Below, piece after piece: positions 1 to 11,000 of a DNA stretch of 64,000 bases. The position numbers were made by a program, and so were the translations under genes. The stretch lies in assembly GCA_965202985.1 (NCBI GenBank), contig CBDBCF010000001.1, forward strand, positions 2,336,001 to 2,400,000. The letters are read 5' to 3'. Numbering within the stretch: position 1 is the first letter of the stretch; each line of letters opens with the position of its first letter. Origin of the DNA: Longimicrobiales bacterium. Its GTDB lineage: Bacteria > Gemmatimonadota > Gemmatimonadetes > Longimicrobiales > Gaopeijiaceae. Under the pieces are notes generated by a model. That model saw only the letters and a list, made by a program, of their open reading frames with translations. It searched no databases and was not told the DNA's origin.

Positions 1-1
1 G

Positions 2-2854
2 GCGAAAGGCCAGAAGAAGGCGGACCTGTGGTTCAACGAAGCACCGGAGCGCGTGGAGCCGGGGCCGGAGGCGCGCCGTCCGCCGGGCGCCGTCTACCAC
101 TTCCTGCTGCCGGACCCCGGGATGGTCGGCTACAAGGACAAGGCCGCGAAGGCGATGGAGGCGGCCAACTTCGAGCGCATCGCGACGTGGCGCCGCTCGT
201 TCTTCAAAGCGTTCTCCGCCGAGGAGACGGCCAAGCTCGAGCGACTCTCGGACAAGGTCGACGAGCTCTGGACGATGCACGCCGAGCAGCTGGGTCGCGA
301 TCACAGGGAGACCGAAGACACCCTGCCCGTGTGGGGCCAGCCCGCCTCCGCGCGTCCGCGCCGCACCAGCAACACGTGGAAGGACCGCATCCGCGCCCAA
401 GGCATCTTCGGCGACGGCAACGACATGCGGACCGCCAGTCCCTATCGCCGCCTGAAGCTGGTGATGGACTACTGGTGCGCGCTGTGGTTTTGGCCGATCC
501 GCAAGGCTGACCGCCTGCCCAGCCGTAGCGAGTTCCTGGCCGAGATCAGCTTGGTGCTGACGGGCAACGTCCAGCAACCCGGCGTCGGCCCCGACCAGAT
601 CGGCGACCTCTTCGGCGCCGAGTATGCCCAGCATGCCGAAGAGATGGCCCGGCGGATCACCAACGAGACCGGGATGCTGGACTTGCGGAAGCTCTTCGCC
701 GAGTTCCCCCGGCTGCGGTTCGTGAACGAGCTGGCGCGGCGGCACCGGTTCCACCACTGGGAGCTGGCGTTCGCGGACTTGTTCGCGGAGCGGGGCGGGT
801 TCGACTTGGTGCTGGGGAACCCGCCGTGGGTGAAGGTCGAGTGGAAGGAGCAGGGCGTGCTGGGGGAGAAGAATCCGGTGCTGATGCTGCGGAGGACGTC
901 GGCGACGGATGTGACCGAGTTGCGAGGGTCAGCGTTCCATCGGTACGCGGGGTTGCAGGGGGCGTGGCTGGACGAGATGGAGGAGGCCGACGCGACGCAG
1001 GCCTTCCTGAACGGAGCACAGAACTATCCGTTGCTGAAGGGTCAGAAGACGAACCTGTACAAGTGCTTCCTGCCGCAGGCATGGATGGTTGCCCGGCAGG
1101 ACGGTGGCGTGACGGGACTCCTGCATCCGGGCGGCGTGTACGACGATCCGAAGGGTGGTGCGTTCAGGGAAGCGTTGTATCCAAGGTTGCGGGCGCACTT
1201 CCAGTTCCAGAACGAGAAGCGGCTGTTCCCGGAGGTCCATCACCACACCAAGTTCAGCGTCAACGTGTACGGACGCTTGCGCCGACAGCCAGCGTTTCAG
1301 CACATCGCGAACCTGTTCCAGCCGCAGACTGTGGACGCTTGCGTTGAACACGACGGTCAAGGCCCGGTGCCCGGCATCAAAGACGACAAGGGCAAGTGGA
1401 ATGTGGCCGGGCACGCCGAGCGTGTGCTTGAAGTGGACGTGGACGCCCTGGGCAACTTCGCCAAGCTCTACGACGAGGAAGGAACGCCGCCCCATCAAGC
1501 CAGACTTCCCGCTCTTCACGCCAAGACGATGCTCGGTGCCCTGGCGAAGCTGGCGGCCCATCCGATGCGGCTGGGGGATTTGGGAGACGACGTCTTCTTC
1601 ACTTGGCATTGGGACGAGACCGGGGCCCAGCGTGACGGCACGATTCGTCGCGAGACGCGATTCCCGAATAGCTCCAGCGAGTTGGTGCTGTCTGGTCCAC
1701 ACTTCTTCGTTGGGAACCCGCTCAACAAGACGCCGCGCCGTGAATGCAAGCTGAACAGCCACTACGACGTGCTGGACTTGACCATCTTGCCGGAGGCCTA
1801 CCTGCCCAGGACGAATTATGTCCGCGATTGTGCTCCGAGGGAATACGAGCGAAGGACTCCTCGTGTCGGATGGGATGACGTCAGCGCAGATCAAGAAAAG
1901 GTCACAAGATATTACCGGGTCTCCAGCCGAAGGATGGTAGGGTCCATGGCGGAGCGAACCCTGATCACCGCTATTGTATCGAAAGATGTAGCTCACGTTC
2001 ACACGACGATGGCGAACGCCTTCCGCACCACTAACGAACTCCTTGACTTTGCCGCCACATCCATGTCTCTTGTGATGGACTTCATGATCAAGGCGTCCGG
2101 CGTGTCCGAGGCAGGCAAGTCACAGCTCGATCGCCTGCCTTTCCTCACCGAAGCCTGTCACGACATCATTCGGGCCGGGCTCCGTCTGCGTGCCCTGCGC
2201 CTCTCGTGCTTGACCAGCCACTACGCCCATCTTTGGAGCAGGGCCTGCGATGGAGGCAACCCCCCGGCCATTGAAGCATTCCGCACCGACTCCTGGACCA
2301 GCGACGACCCCCGCCTCCCGAACGACTTCCCGACCCTCGATTCCACTTGGTGCCAAGATCGCGCTCTCCGCACCGACTATGCCCGTCGCCAAGCCCTCGT
2401 CGAGATCGACGTGTTGACCGCGATGGCCCTCGGCCTTACGTTGGATGAGTTGCTCACCATCTACAGGGTCCAGTTCCCAGTCATGCGCCAATACGAAGCC
2501 GACACGTGGTACGATGCCAACGGCCGCATCGTCTTCACGCCATCCAAGGGGCTTCCGGCCGTCGGTATTCCCCGCACGGCCGTCAAGAACGATACCGCCT
2601 GGGCGGTCTCTACGCCCGTCGGCCACCGGTCGGCAATCCCCCTGGGATGGGACGACATCCGCGACCTCGACGAGGGTAGCGTCACCCGCACGGTCATTGA
2701 CGACACCCTGCCCGGCGGTCCAACTGAGCGCGTCATCGCATACTGCGCACCGTTCTCGCGGCCAGATCGGGAGAATGACTACCGGCAAGCATGGGCGACA
2801 TTCGCCCGAGGGCTTGGCCGGCTCGTGTCGTCAAGCTCCATGGCTAGCTCTTGA
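2..2854 (+). CDS. Large N6-adenine DNA methyltransferase (type IIG/Eco57I-like, DISARM DrmMI/ARMADA MTase-like), 5'-partial
   Basis: Frame is open from the window start. FHHWELAF...GGFDLVLGNPPW catalytic motif IV, NLYKCF, and a C-terminal TRD-like region ending RRQALVEIDVLTAMALGLTLDELLTIYRVQFPV. Confidence 0.88.
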   Translation, partial: AKGQKKADLWFNEAPERVEPGPEARRPPGAVYHFLLPDPGMVGYKDKAAKAMEAANFERIATWRRSFFKAFSAEETAKLERLSDKVDELWTMHAEQLGRDHRETEDTLPVWGQPASARPRRTSNTWKDRIRAQGIFGDGNDMRTASPYRRLKLVMDYWCALWFWPIRKADRLPSRSEFLAEISLVLTGNVQQPGVGPDQIGDLFGAEYAQHAEEMARRITNETGMLDLRKLFAEFPRLRFVNELARRHRFHHWELAFADLFAERGGFDLVLGNPPWVKVEWKEQGVLGEKNPVLMLRRTSATDVTELRGSAFHRYAGLQGAWLDEMEEADATQAFLNGAQNYPLLKGQKTNLYKCFLPQAWMVARQDGGVTGLLHPGGVYDDPKGGAFREALYPRLRAHFQFQNEKRLFPEVHHHTKFSVNVYGRLRRQPAFQHIANLFQPQTVDACVEHDGQGPVPGIKDDKGKWNVAGHAERVLEVDVDALGNFAKLYDEEGTPPHQARLPALHAKTMLGALAKLAAHPMRLGDLGDDVFFTWHWDETGAQRDGTIRRETRFPNSSSELVLSGPHFFVGNPLNKTPRRECKLNSHYDVLDLTILPEAYLPRTNYVRDCAPREYERRTPRVGWDDVSADQEKVTRYYRVSSRRMVGSMAERTLITAIVSKDVAHVHTTMANAFRTTNELLDFAATSMSLVMDFMIKASGVSEAGKSQLDRLPFLTEACHDIIRAGLRLRALRLSCLTSHYAHLWSRACDGGNPPAIEAFRTDSWTSDDPRLPNDFPTLDSTWCQDRALRTDYARRQALVEIDVLTAMALGLTLDELLTIYRVQFPVMRQYEADTWYDANGRIVFTPSKGLPAVGIPRTAVKNDTAWAVSTPVGHRSAIPLGWDDIRDLDEGSVTRTVIDDTLPGGPTERVIAYCAPFSRPDRENDYRQAWATFARGLGRLVSSSSMASS

Positions 2855-3259
2855 CAGGCTGGCTATGTTCTTCCTTCTATCGGACGACCCGGTACAAGGA
2901 GGACAGATGGCCCTCGTCTACTGCATCCACCAGCCAGTTCGGCCCGAGACCGAATACCCTGTTCGGACCCTTCACGACGACCGACACCGCCACGAGTTGC
3001 GGGCCCGTGTGGCGAGGCCCTGCGTGGCGAAGGACAGGGCGACGTCCGACTGCTTCCACGCAGCAGAGAGCGACACGTTACGGCGGACGACGCGCTTGCA
3101 GTGGCTGGTGCCCCAGGTCGGGCTGGCGATGACCGCCACCCTGGACACCCTGCCATCTCGTCACCACATAGTCTCCAGCCGTCCCCCTTCCGCGAACAAG
3201 GACGGTCACAGCCCCTATTCAGCCCTCACGATTCCTTGTATCCGTCACGAAGTTGCTAT

Positions 3260-4420
3260 ATGATGTCGAAACCGCACCGCGTCGTCGCACATCACGACAG
3301 GGAAGTTTTTCTCGCAACAATGCGGGATCACCTCTCCCGCCACGATAGGCCATTAGCCTTTCTATTTGGGGCAGGCACTTCATGTTCCGTTCGTTGTATC
3401 GATGCCGATGCCCCAGATGAATCGCCGACGCCGCTGATTCCAGATGTTCACCACCTCACCATAAGGTGTCGAGAGGCTGTCAACGGTCTCGGTTGCGACT
3501 ACGCTTCGGCATGGTCTGCAATCGTCGATCGCTGTAGTTCCACGAATGAAGAGCCAAATGTTGAACACGTTCTATCTATGTTGCACATGATGATTGAAGC
3601 AATCGGCTCCTCGGATCGGCTTGCTGGGTTAGATAGGGATGCATTGCGCCGGGTAGATGCATGCATCCGAAAATGTATTGCGAAAGCCGTCAAACCAGAG
3701 TTGGATCATATCCCTCCAGACACACCCCATCATCGGTTCGCACGGTGGCTGGCTAGAACAGCTAGGAAAGTACCTGTTGAAGTGTTTACGGTGAATTACG
3801 ACATATTATTTGAATTGGCGTTTGAGGCCGAGCGTGTACCGTTCTTTGATGGCTTCATAGGTAGCCACGAACCGTTTTTCTACTCCGAAAGTCTCTTACA
3901 TTCGCGATGGAAGCCGGCGGATGGATGGACTCGATTGTGGAAAATTCACGGCTCAGTAAACTGGCAACGTCGCCAGTCTGACAATCACATCGTTCGTGTG
4001 CAACCCCACGGTACCGGAGAAATGATTTTCCCGACGTTTGAGAAGTACGACAAATCTCGTCAGCAACCCTATGTTGCATATATCAACCAGCTTGATCGTT
4101 TTCTAGGGCTAGACGACGCGCTTCTTGTGGTTGCCGGTTTCGGTTTCGGTGACGAGCACTTGAGCGACGTCATTATTCGACGACTGGAAAACAATCATCG
4201 AGCACACATGTATGCACTCATGTTCACCGAGTCGTGGCAACCGTCTTCCAGAATCCATGATTATTCCCTTCAACGTGGAAACATCGTACTTGCCGGACCT
4301 GAAACGGGCATTATCGAGAAAAGACGCGGTCCCTGGCTATCTGGTGACGCCCGTTGCGAAATGAATCTTGGTGATTTTTCGGAATTGTGCCAGTTTCTTG
4401 ATCAAATGACATCGGGGTGA
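3260..4420 (+). CDS. SIR2-like (SIR2_2) NADase effector of a SIR2-HerA defence system
   Basis: LAFLFGAGTS, FTVNYD, LWKIHGSVNW and GFGFGDEHL motifs. ATG at 3260 or 3263. Visibly lower GC than the flanks. HerA follows 7 bp downstream. Confidence 0.88.
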   Translation: MMSKPHRVVAHHDREVFLATMRDHLSRHDRPLAFLFGAGTSCSVRCIDADAPDESPTPLIPDVHHLTIRCREAVNGLGCDYASAWSAIVDRCSSTNEEPNVEHVLSMLHMMIEAIGSSDRLAGLDRDALRRVDACIRKCIAKAVKPELDHIPPDTPHHRFARWLARTARKVPVEVFTVNYDILFELAFEAERVPFFDGFIGSHEPFFYSESLLHSRWKPADGWTRLWKIHGSVNWQRRQSDNHIVRVQPHGTGEMIFPTFEKYDKSRQQPYVAYINQLDRFLGLDDALLVVAGFGFGDEHLSDVIIRRLENNHRAHMYALMFTESWQPSSRIHDYSLQRGNIVLAGPETGIIEKRRGPWLSGDARCEMNLGDFSELCQFLDQMTSG

Positions 4421-4427
4421 TCGTCAA

Positions 4428-6275
4428 ATGAGCACTCGTCCGCCTACACACATAGGAAGTATCGCCTCGATCGCCGGCTCGATCGTATCTGTCCAATTGC
4501 GTTCGGATATCTCATCCAACCTGCTACTGATTGACGGAGCTTCTTACAGGATCGGCCAAATCGGTAGCTTCTATCGTATTCCCCTTGGCTACACTTATCT
4601 CTATGCCGTATGTACTGCCGCCGGCGCTGCCGCGACTCCGCTACGCGACAGGAACGATGCATGGCCGCCAGTGTCCGTGGGACCGCGGAATGCCAGTATG
4701 GTCGATCTAAACGAGCATCGATGGCTGACACTAGTTCTCTTTGGTGAGTCAATAGGCGGTGATTTTCAACGAGGCGTTGGCCAGTATCCCACTATTGGTG
4801 ATGAAGTACATGTCGTCACCTCGAGCGACATGGAAGTAATTTATCAGCACAGACACGAAGGCGATGCCACGATCCCAATCGGTTCTATTGCAGCATCGAC
4901 GGGGATTACGGCTAACATTGACGTAGCAAAATTGATAGGTCGGCATTGTGCTGTTGTGGGATCCACGGGCACGGGCAAATCCAATTTGATCACTGTCTTG
5001 TTGGACGCTCTGGCTAACGGGAAGTTCTCCAGTGCTCGCATTGTAGTAGTCGACCCCCATGGGGAGTACGGTGCGGCACTGCCGGATCGATCTCGGTTGT
5101 TGACCATTAGGCCGACGGATTCTGATAATGAATCGTCGTTGGTTGTACCATACTGGGCGCTTCCACTCGGCGAGCTGCTTGAACTCACTCTTGGTGGAAA
5201 ACAACCCATGGTGGAGGCGGTCATTAGGGAGCGAGTTTTGGAAATGAAGACGCATAGTTCTGCCCACTTGGAGAACCTATCGGCAGGGGATCTTACGGCT
5301 GATTCGCCGATCCCATTTCACATTGGTAGCTTGTGGCTAGAATTGGATCGTTTTGAGAAAATGACATTCAGCAAAAGGGGCGGCGACACTGAGGAGAGTG
5401 TCTGTGATTTCATTCGGAAAGGCGATGCTGATAAACTTATTCCTTATCAATATCCAGAAGCAACGTCGTATAACACCGCACCGTTCAAGAATCCTCAAAT
5501 GCGTAACATTGGACGACAGCTTGATCTATTGGTCAGTCGCTTAAGAGATCCTAGGTTTTCGTTTTTGTTTCGTCCGGGAATGAAATACACTCCCGATCTT
5601 GACGGTAAGGTTGAAGCGGACTTGGATCAGCTAGTAGCAGAGTGGGTGGGTCACGACAGTACTGTAACAATCTTTGACGTGTCAGGCATGCCGTCGGAAA
5701 TCTTGCAGACAGTCGTGGGAACGATGCTTCGCATAATTTACGATATGCTGTTTTGGGGTCAACAATTGCCGATTGGAGGACAAAAACAGCCTCTGTTGGT
5801 AATCGTGGATGAAGCACATCGCTTCATTCCGAAGGGTGCGACGACGGCGGCACATCGAACACTTTCGATGATTGCCAAGGAGGGGCGAAAGTATGGTATT
5901 GGACTGATGCTAGTATCACAAAGGCCATCTGAAATGGAGTCAGACGTAGTTAGTCAGTTTGGTTCTCTTGTTGCGCTACGCATATCTAATGCTACGGATA
6001 GAGCTCACGTGGCGGCTACAGTGCCTGATGACCTAGGGGGATTGATCGATCTCCTGCCGTCGTTGCGTACCGGAGAGGCAGTAGCGATAGGCGAGATCGT
6101 ACCTATTCCTTCTCGCATTCGAGTAAGAAGAGCTGGAACAAAGGTCGTAGGGAACGACCCTAAACTACCGGAGACATGGAAAACGGAGCGGCCGGATGTA
6201 CGGCTTTACCGGAGGGCGTTGGCTAACTGGCGGGCCCAGTCAATCTTGAACACAGGCGAGAGCGATCATGAGTGA
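4428..6275 (+). CDS. herA: HerA/FtsK-family ATPase (HAS barrel + DUF87 ATPase), partner of SIR2
   Basis: N-terminal HAS-barrel-like IGQIGS...YPTIGDEVH, Walker A GSTGTGKS, VVVDPHGEY, Walker B IVDEAHRF, IAKEGRKYG...SQRPSE. Confidence 0.9.
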   Translation: MSTRPPTHIGSIASIAGSIVSVQLRSDISSNLLLIDGASYRIGQIGSFYRIPLGYTYLYAVCTAAGAAATPLRDRNDAWPPVSVGPRNASMVDLNEHRWLTLVLFGESIGGDFQRGVGQYPTIGDEVHVVTSSDMEVIYQHRHEGDATIPIGSIAASTGITANIDVAKLIGRHCAVVGSTGTGKSNLITVLLDALANGKFSSARIVVVDPHGEYGAALPDRSRLLTIRPTDSDNESSLVVPYWALPLGELLELTLGGKQPMVEAVIRERVLEMKTHSSAHLENLSAGDLTADSPIPFHIGSLWLELDRFEKMTFSKRGGDTEESVCDFIRKGDADKLIPYQYPEATSYNTAPFKNPQMRNIGRQLDLLVSRLRDPRFSFLFRPGMKYTPDLDGKVEADLDQLVAEWVGHDSTVTIFDVSGMPSEILQTVVGTMLRIIYDMLFWGQQLPIGGQKQPLLVIVDEAHRFIPKGATTAAHRTLSMIAKEGRKYGIGLMLVSQRPSEMESDVVSQFGSLVALRISNATDRAHVAATVPDDLGGLIDLLPSLRTGEAVAIGEIVPIPSRIRVRRAGTKVVGNDPKLPETWKTERPDVRLYRRALANWRAQSILNTGESDHE

Positions 6276-6483
6276 ATGGCGATACGTGCAGTCTTCGAAC
6301 GTCGATGCGATCAGGTACTGCAGACACACCAGCGAGCTTTATGTTCGGTTTCGTGATGGCGGAGAATACGTCTATTATGATGTAGACGAGAATGTGTTCC
6401 TGGAATTCCTACACGCTGCATCGGTAGGTAAGTACCATGCCCGGAACATTAGGGGACGATACAGGTACATGAGGCTGTCCTAG
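6268..6483 (+). CDS. KTSC-domain protein
   Basis: VQSSNVDAIRY...LYVRFRDGGEYVYYDV...FLHAASVGKYHARNIRGRY matches the KTSC pattern. Overlaps the herA stop by 8 nt. Confidence 0.85.
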   Translation: MSEWRYVQSSNVDAIRYCRHTSELYVRFRDGGEYVYYDVDENVFLEFLHAASVGKYHARNIRGRYRYMRLS

Positions 6484-6514
6484 CAGCCGTGGGCACTGGG
6501 CGAGGCACGCTTCA

Positions 6515-6900
6515 TCGCTTGAACGCGAAGTCCTACTCGTCAAGCGTTCTGAACGACGGCAGAGGGCTCGACCGCATCGCCGTGGCTTACCGACGGCTGT
6601 AGCACAAGGTGCGCCGCCAACAGCTCCTCGATCGCTTCGGCTGCCGTCGCAGCACCGCCGTTTGGCGCGAGCCAAGCACGTCGGCAAGGGCCTCGAGCGC
6701 GCCCGGCATCTTTGAGTCCGCCAGCAGCTCGGTGGGCAGGCCTCCGAAGAACACGGACGCTCTTTCCAGGCCCCCGCGCATCGGTCTCCATTCGTCTGCC
6801 GCTCGTAAGTATTGGTGCCACAGCATCCGCGAGTAGCCCAGCACCACCGCACTGCCCTGCCAGGCTTGCTGGAGCCGCGTGTCCTGCGCCCAGCACTTGG
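6515..6900 (-). pseudogene. Degraded IS21-family remnant (istA fragment fused by deletion to the istB N-terminus)
   Basis: IstA-like VVLGYSRMLWHQY...GLERASVFFGGLPTELL runs into IstB-like ADSKMPGALEAL / GGAATAAEAIEELL / SRR*ATAMRSSPLPSFRTLDE*DFAF, across frameshifts and stops. Confidence 0.7.
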
Positions 6901-6939
6901 CCCTCGGCCTCAGGAAGAACCCACCGTCCACACCGCCAA

Positions 6940-6985
6940 GGGAACATTCTACTTTGGCCAACTACCGGACGTACTTGGCTTGACA
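6940..6985 (-). mobile_element. Isolated IS terminal sequence (ISNCY/IS481-like)
   Basis: Minus strand reads TGTCAAGCCAAGTACGTCCGGTAGTTGGCCAAAGTAGAATGTTCCC: a TGT terminus with two imperfect GCCAA(A)GTA repeats. No cognate transposase seen. Confidence 0.4.
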
Positions 6986-7052
6986 TTGCAACCGCCCAAG
7001 CCCCTTGACCCGTTCCGCCTCCGCTCCCATCGTTCCCGTCACAACCCCGCGC

Positions 7053-7072
7053 GTCCCATCCTGATTGTCGCT
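7053..7072. repeat. Degenerate copy of the IS21-type end repeat
   Basis: GTCCCATCCTGATTGTCGCT is 17/20 identical to GTCTCATCTTGGTTGTCGCT at 11364-11383 and 11387-11406, in the same orientation. Confidence 0.55.
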
Positions 7073-7124
7073 CCCCCCTAGCCGAAGCCAGCGTGCAAGA
7101 GACCAGAAGGCTATCGAACTACGG

Positions 7125-7181
7125 AGACATCCGAGGCTCGGAAACGGGACATGCCTGTGGACATTTTGGGCCACCGAAATC
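7125..7181 (+). repeat. 57-bp GGACAT motif, copy 1
   Basis: AGACAT-N10-GAAACG-GGACAT-N6-GGACAT-N11-GAAATC, with the same spacing as the copies at 11727 and 23146. Confidence 0.75.
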
Positions 7182-7302
7182 GACGAAGGTAGATCAGCCA
7201 ATCAGGAGGAGATGGCAGACATGACGCTCGGGGGAACAACCGAAGGACTCCGGCCCCGGTCGTGGATTTCCGGGGGCGGAGCACGGCAATGGTGACCGGC
7301 AC

Positions 7303-8088
7303 ATGCGGCTGAGCGCCTCGCTCGAGTACCGCCAGACGATGGGCCGGGTGCGGTGGGAGGGTCACGCGGTCCGGGACGCGGAGCAGTTCCAGGAGTACAT
7401 GCGTCGCGTCGTCGCTCCCCGACTGACCGCGGACGACTCGAAGTTGGCCACCGTGCTGCGGGGTCTGGCGTCGACGGAAATGGCCGCCGACGCCATCGGG
7501 CAACTGCTGGCCTCCGTACGACCCTTGAAAGGCTGGGAAGTCGGAGAGACCTTCGCTGAATGCGTTCTCCGCGACGATGTGGGCTGGCAGGTGCACTGGC
7601 CTTGGAACACGTCCCGAGACCTCCGGAGTCCCAACGCGAGCCTTCAGGGCGCCGACTTGGTAGGGTTCGTCCAACGAGACGGCGAGACCTTCCTCTTGTT
7701 TGGTGAAGTGAAGACTTCGGGCGAGGCTCGGACTCCGCCCACGGTCATGACGGGTCCGGGCGGCTTGCCTTCCCAGCTTGAGAGGATTTGCCTCCGCCCC
7801 GATGTACAACACGCGTTGCTGTCGTGGCTTCACGTGCGCTGCCGGTCTCAGATCCAACGGGATCTCTTCGAGAAGGCGACACGTCGGTACCTGGAGTCTG
7901 GAGGCCAGAGCTTCATACTGGCCGGAGTCCTGTTGCGGGACACCACCCCGGACGAACGCGACCTCCGCCACCCCGCCGAAGCCCTCTCCCGCCGGCTGGC
8001 CGCAGCTCCGGGCTCCGTCGATCTTGTCGCATGGTACCTGCCGACCCCGATCGATCGTTGGCCCGCGCTGGTGGGAGAGCCGACATGA
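7303..8088 (+). CDS. PD-(D/E)XK nuclease, Hachiman HamA-like
   Basis: VGETFAE...GADLVGF...LLFGEVKTS nuclease motifs. ATGA-coupled to a Ski2-like helicase. Confidence 0.7.
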   Translation: MRLSASLEYRQTMGRVRWEGHAVRDAEQFQEYMRRVVAPRLTADDSKLATVLRGLASTEMAADAIGQLLASVRPLKGWEVGETFAECVLRDDVGWQVHWPWNTSRDLRSPNASLQGADLVGFVQRDGETFLLFGEVKTSGEARTPPTVMTGPGGLPSQLERICLRPDVQHALLSWLHVRCRSQIQRDLFEKATRRYLESGGQSFILAGVLLRDTTPDERDLRHPAEALSRRLAAAPGSVDLVAWYLPTPIDRWPALVGEPT

Positions 8089-11000
8089 GCGACCATTCCT
8101 GGATCGTCGACAGCCTGGGAACCGACAGGCTCCAGGAGGCTGCCACCGAGGCGGCTCGGCGGCGGCTTTGGTCAGCCCTTCGTGACTCCCCGCCCGAGGC
8201 CACGCACGCCGACGACCGCCTTCGATTCGCGGCAAACGCGCTGGAACTAGACGTGCTCGACGCCATCGGAGACGACGACCTGCCCAGACTGAGGCGCTCG
8301 GCGGCTTCGGCGTTCCAGATAGCACGGGTGCTCGGTCTTCCCGACTCGCCCACGGAGAGAGCCGAAGCGCTCGTCAGGCTGGGGTGCCTGGGCATCCTCG
8401 GCGACCGGGGCGCCGACATGCAACGGATCCTCCGCAACGAGGGCTGGGTCGGGCGTTGTCCACGTGCAGCCCATTGGGGAAACCACGTGTGGGCGACCGT
8501 GCTGCATGTCTGGTTGCTGCTCTTTCGCAAGCACGGGTGGGACGACCTCAACGCGGTGCAGGAGCACGTTGCCGCCTTGCGTCGCGACCAGACGGACCTG
8601 GAGCCCCGGTTCCTGAAGGACGCCGCCGCCAACAAGGACGCCACTCCGGCGTGGAACCTGATTTGGTGCTATCATGTGGCGAAGGCCGCGGAGATCGTGG
8701 GAATGCACCAGACGCAGGGAAGCGCCGACGGCCACTACGACGTGGGCGAACAACTCGATGCGCAGTTCGACCGGGCCGTGGCCGCCGCCTCGCACGGGGG
8801 ACTCGTGCGGCAGGAAGCCTTGGTGCGCTTGCTCGCCCGCACCGCCCGCTCCCTGGTGGACAGCTCCATCTGGTCGGTCGCCCGCGCCGTGAACAGCCGG
8901 GTCGAAGAGTTCGTCGCCACAATGACTTCCAGGGACCGGCCGCGGCCGATCTTCGAGGTCCTGCCGCCCCAGCGTCGGGCCCTTCGCGAGGCAGGCCTCT
9001 TGAGCGCGGGACACCGTGCAGTCGTCGTGAACCTGCCGACGTCGAGCGGGAAGACCTTGCTTGCCCAGTTCAGAATGCTGCAAGCCCTGAACCAGTTCGA
9101 CCGCGAGCGCGGGTGGGTGGCGTATCTGGCGCCCACCAGAGCCTTGGTCGGCCAGCTGGCCCGCAGGTTGCGCCGCGACTTCGCGGACCTTGGCATCGTG
9201 GTGGAGAAGGTCAGTCCCGCGCTGGAGGTCGACGGGGTCGAGTCCGACATGCTGTCGGAGGCCGACGCGGCGCGCCAGTTTCGAGTCCTCGTCTCGACTC
9301 CCGAGAAGCTCGACTTGATGCTGCGAGGCGGGTGGGAGGAGAAGACGGGACGGCCGCTGACGCTGGTTGTGGTGGACGAAGCTCACGGCATCGGCGCCAG
9401 CGAGCGCGGCTTTCGGCTCGAGCTGCTGCTGGCGACCATCAACAGGGAATGTAGGTACGCGCAGTTCTTGTTGCTCACGCCCTTCGTCCCCAACGCGGAG
9501 AAGATCGCCCAGTGGCTTGCGCCCGGCAGCGCGACAAGCATTGACTTCGGCGTCGACTGGGTCCCCAACGATCGCGTAGTTGCCATCGCGCAGCCCCGTA
9601 GAGGCGAAGCTCGCGGGGACTTCACGATCGACTTCACGACGCTACACACGACTGCAAAGACCATCGAAATCCCGGACACTCTCAATGTCGGCAAGCGGCG
9701 TCCGCTGGGATTGCCTTGGTCCGCAGTCTCCCGGTCGCCCGGCAAGCTGGCTGCGGCCGCCGCCCATCTCCTGGAGCGCCGAGGCACCGTGATCGTCCTG
9801 GCCTCCCGGCCGGCACATTGCTGGGGGATCGCTGAGACTTTGAAGCGGGCGGAGAATGTCCCGGCGGCGACGAGCAACCGCATACGCCAGCTGTGCGGGT
9901 TCCTGGAAGACGAGATGGGCGCCGATTTTCCTTTGGTGTCGTTGCTGGAACGCGGAATCGGCGTGCACCACTCGGGGCTCTCCGAGGATGCACGGGCGAT
10001 CGTGGAATGGTTGGCCGAGCAAGGCGACCTCCGGGCGATGGTGGCGACCACGACCATTGCCCAAGGCGTGAACTTTCCAGTGTCGGGCGTCGTATTCCAG
10101 AATCACCAGTATCCGTACGGCCGCGAAATGCCGCCCGAGGACTTCTGGAACATTTGCGGACGCGCGGGTCGCGTGGATCAGGACGACCTGGGAATCATTG
10201 CGCTGGCGGGTTGCGACGATGCCAAGGTCGCACAGCTTCGCGAATACGTTGGCCGGTCGGTTGGAGAACTGAATTCGACATTGATTGACATGATCCAAGA
10301 CATCGACGACGAGACCGACCTCCTGCATCTTGAACGACTGGCATGGCGTCCCGAGTGGTCAGCCTTCTTGCAGTACCTTGCCCACACCTACCGGCAAGTC
10401 GACGATCACGACAGATTTGCGATGCAGATCGAGCAGGTCCTTCGCGGAACTCTCGGGTTCCGGGCCTTGCGTGCGAGCCACGAAGGCTGGGCCAGCAAGC
10501 TGGTTTCGGGAGTCCAACAGTACTCGGAGCGGATCAAGGGAAAGCCGCTGCGCCTTGTCGATGCGACGGGGTTCTCGTGGGAGTCCGTGGCTCATACCTT
10601 GGCTGGCCTGAACCGGGCGGAAGTGCACGACGCGGTCTGGACGCCGGACCTGTTCGGCACACGCCGGAACGACTTGGAGCGGATGGTCGGACTGCTGCTC
10701 GATGTCCCGGAGCTGAAGGGATCGCTGGGCAGAATCGCAACGGAGGCGGCCCTTCGACGAGACGCCGTGGCCCGGGTCATCTGCGACTGGGTTCACGAGC
10801 GCCCGCTGGCCGAGATGGCTCATGAGCACTTCGCGGTCCGTTCCGGCTCCGTTAGTCGGGACGGCACCTACGCGGATGCGACCAAGGCCATGACGCGGTG
10901 TTGCCAAACCGTCTTCGGCAAGCTGGCTCAATCGGCGTCCTGGGGCTTGGCCGCCCTCCAGTCGCTTACCATGCCCGACTTGGACGACCTCTCGCCGGAT

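Noticed and set aside
2855..3259. Short ORFs between the MTase and SIR2 genes
   Set aside because: No recognisable motif or consistent frame. May be gene debris but cannot be assigned.
7125..7181. Reading the 57-bp motif as a repeated peptide (MSxxMSRF on the minus strand)
   Set aside because: The three copies are not in credible ORFs and flanking codons are not conserved, so a DNA-level site is more parsimonious.
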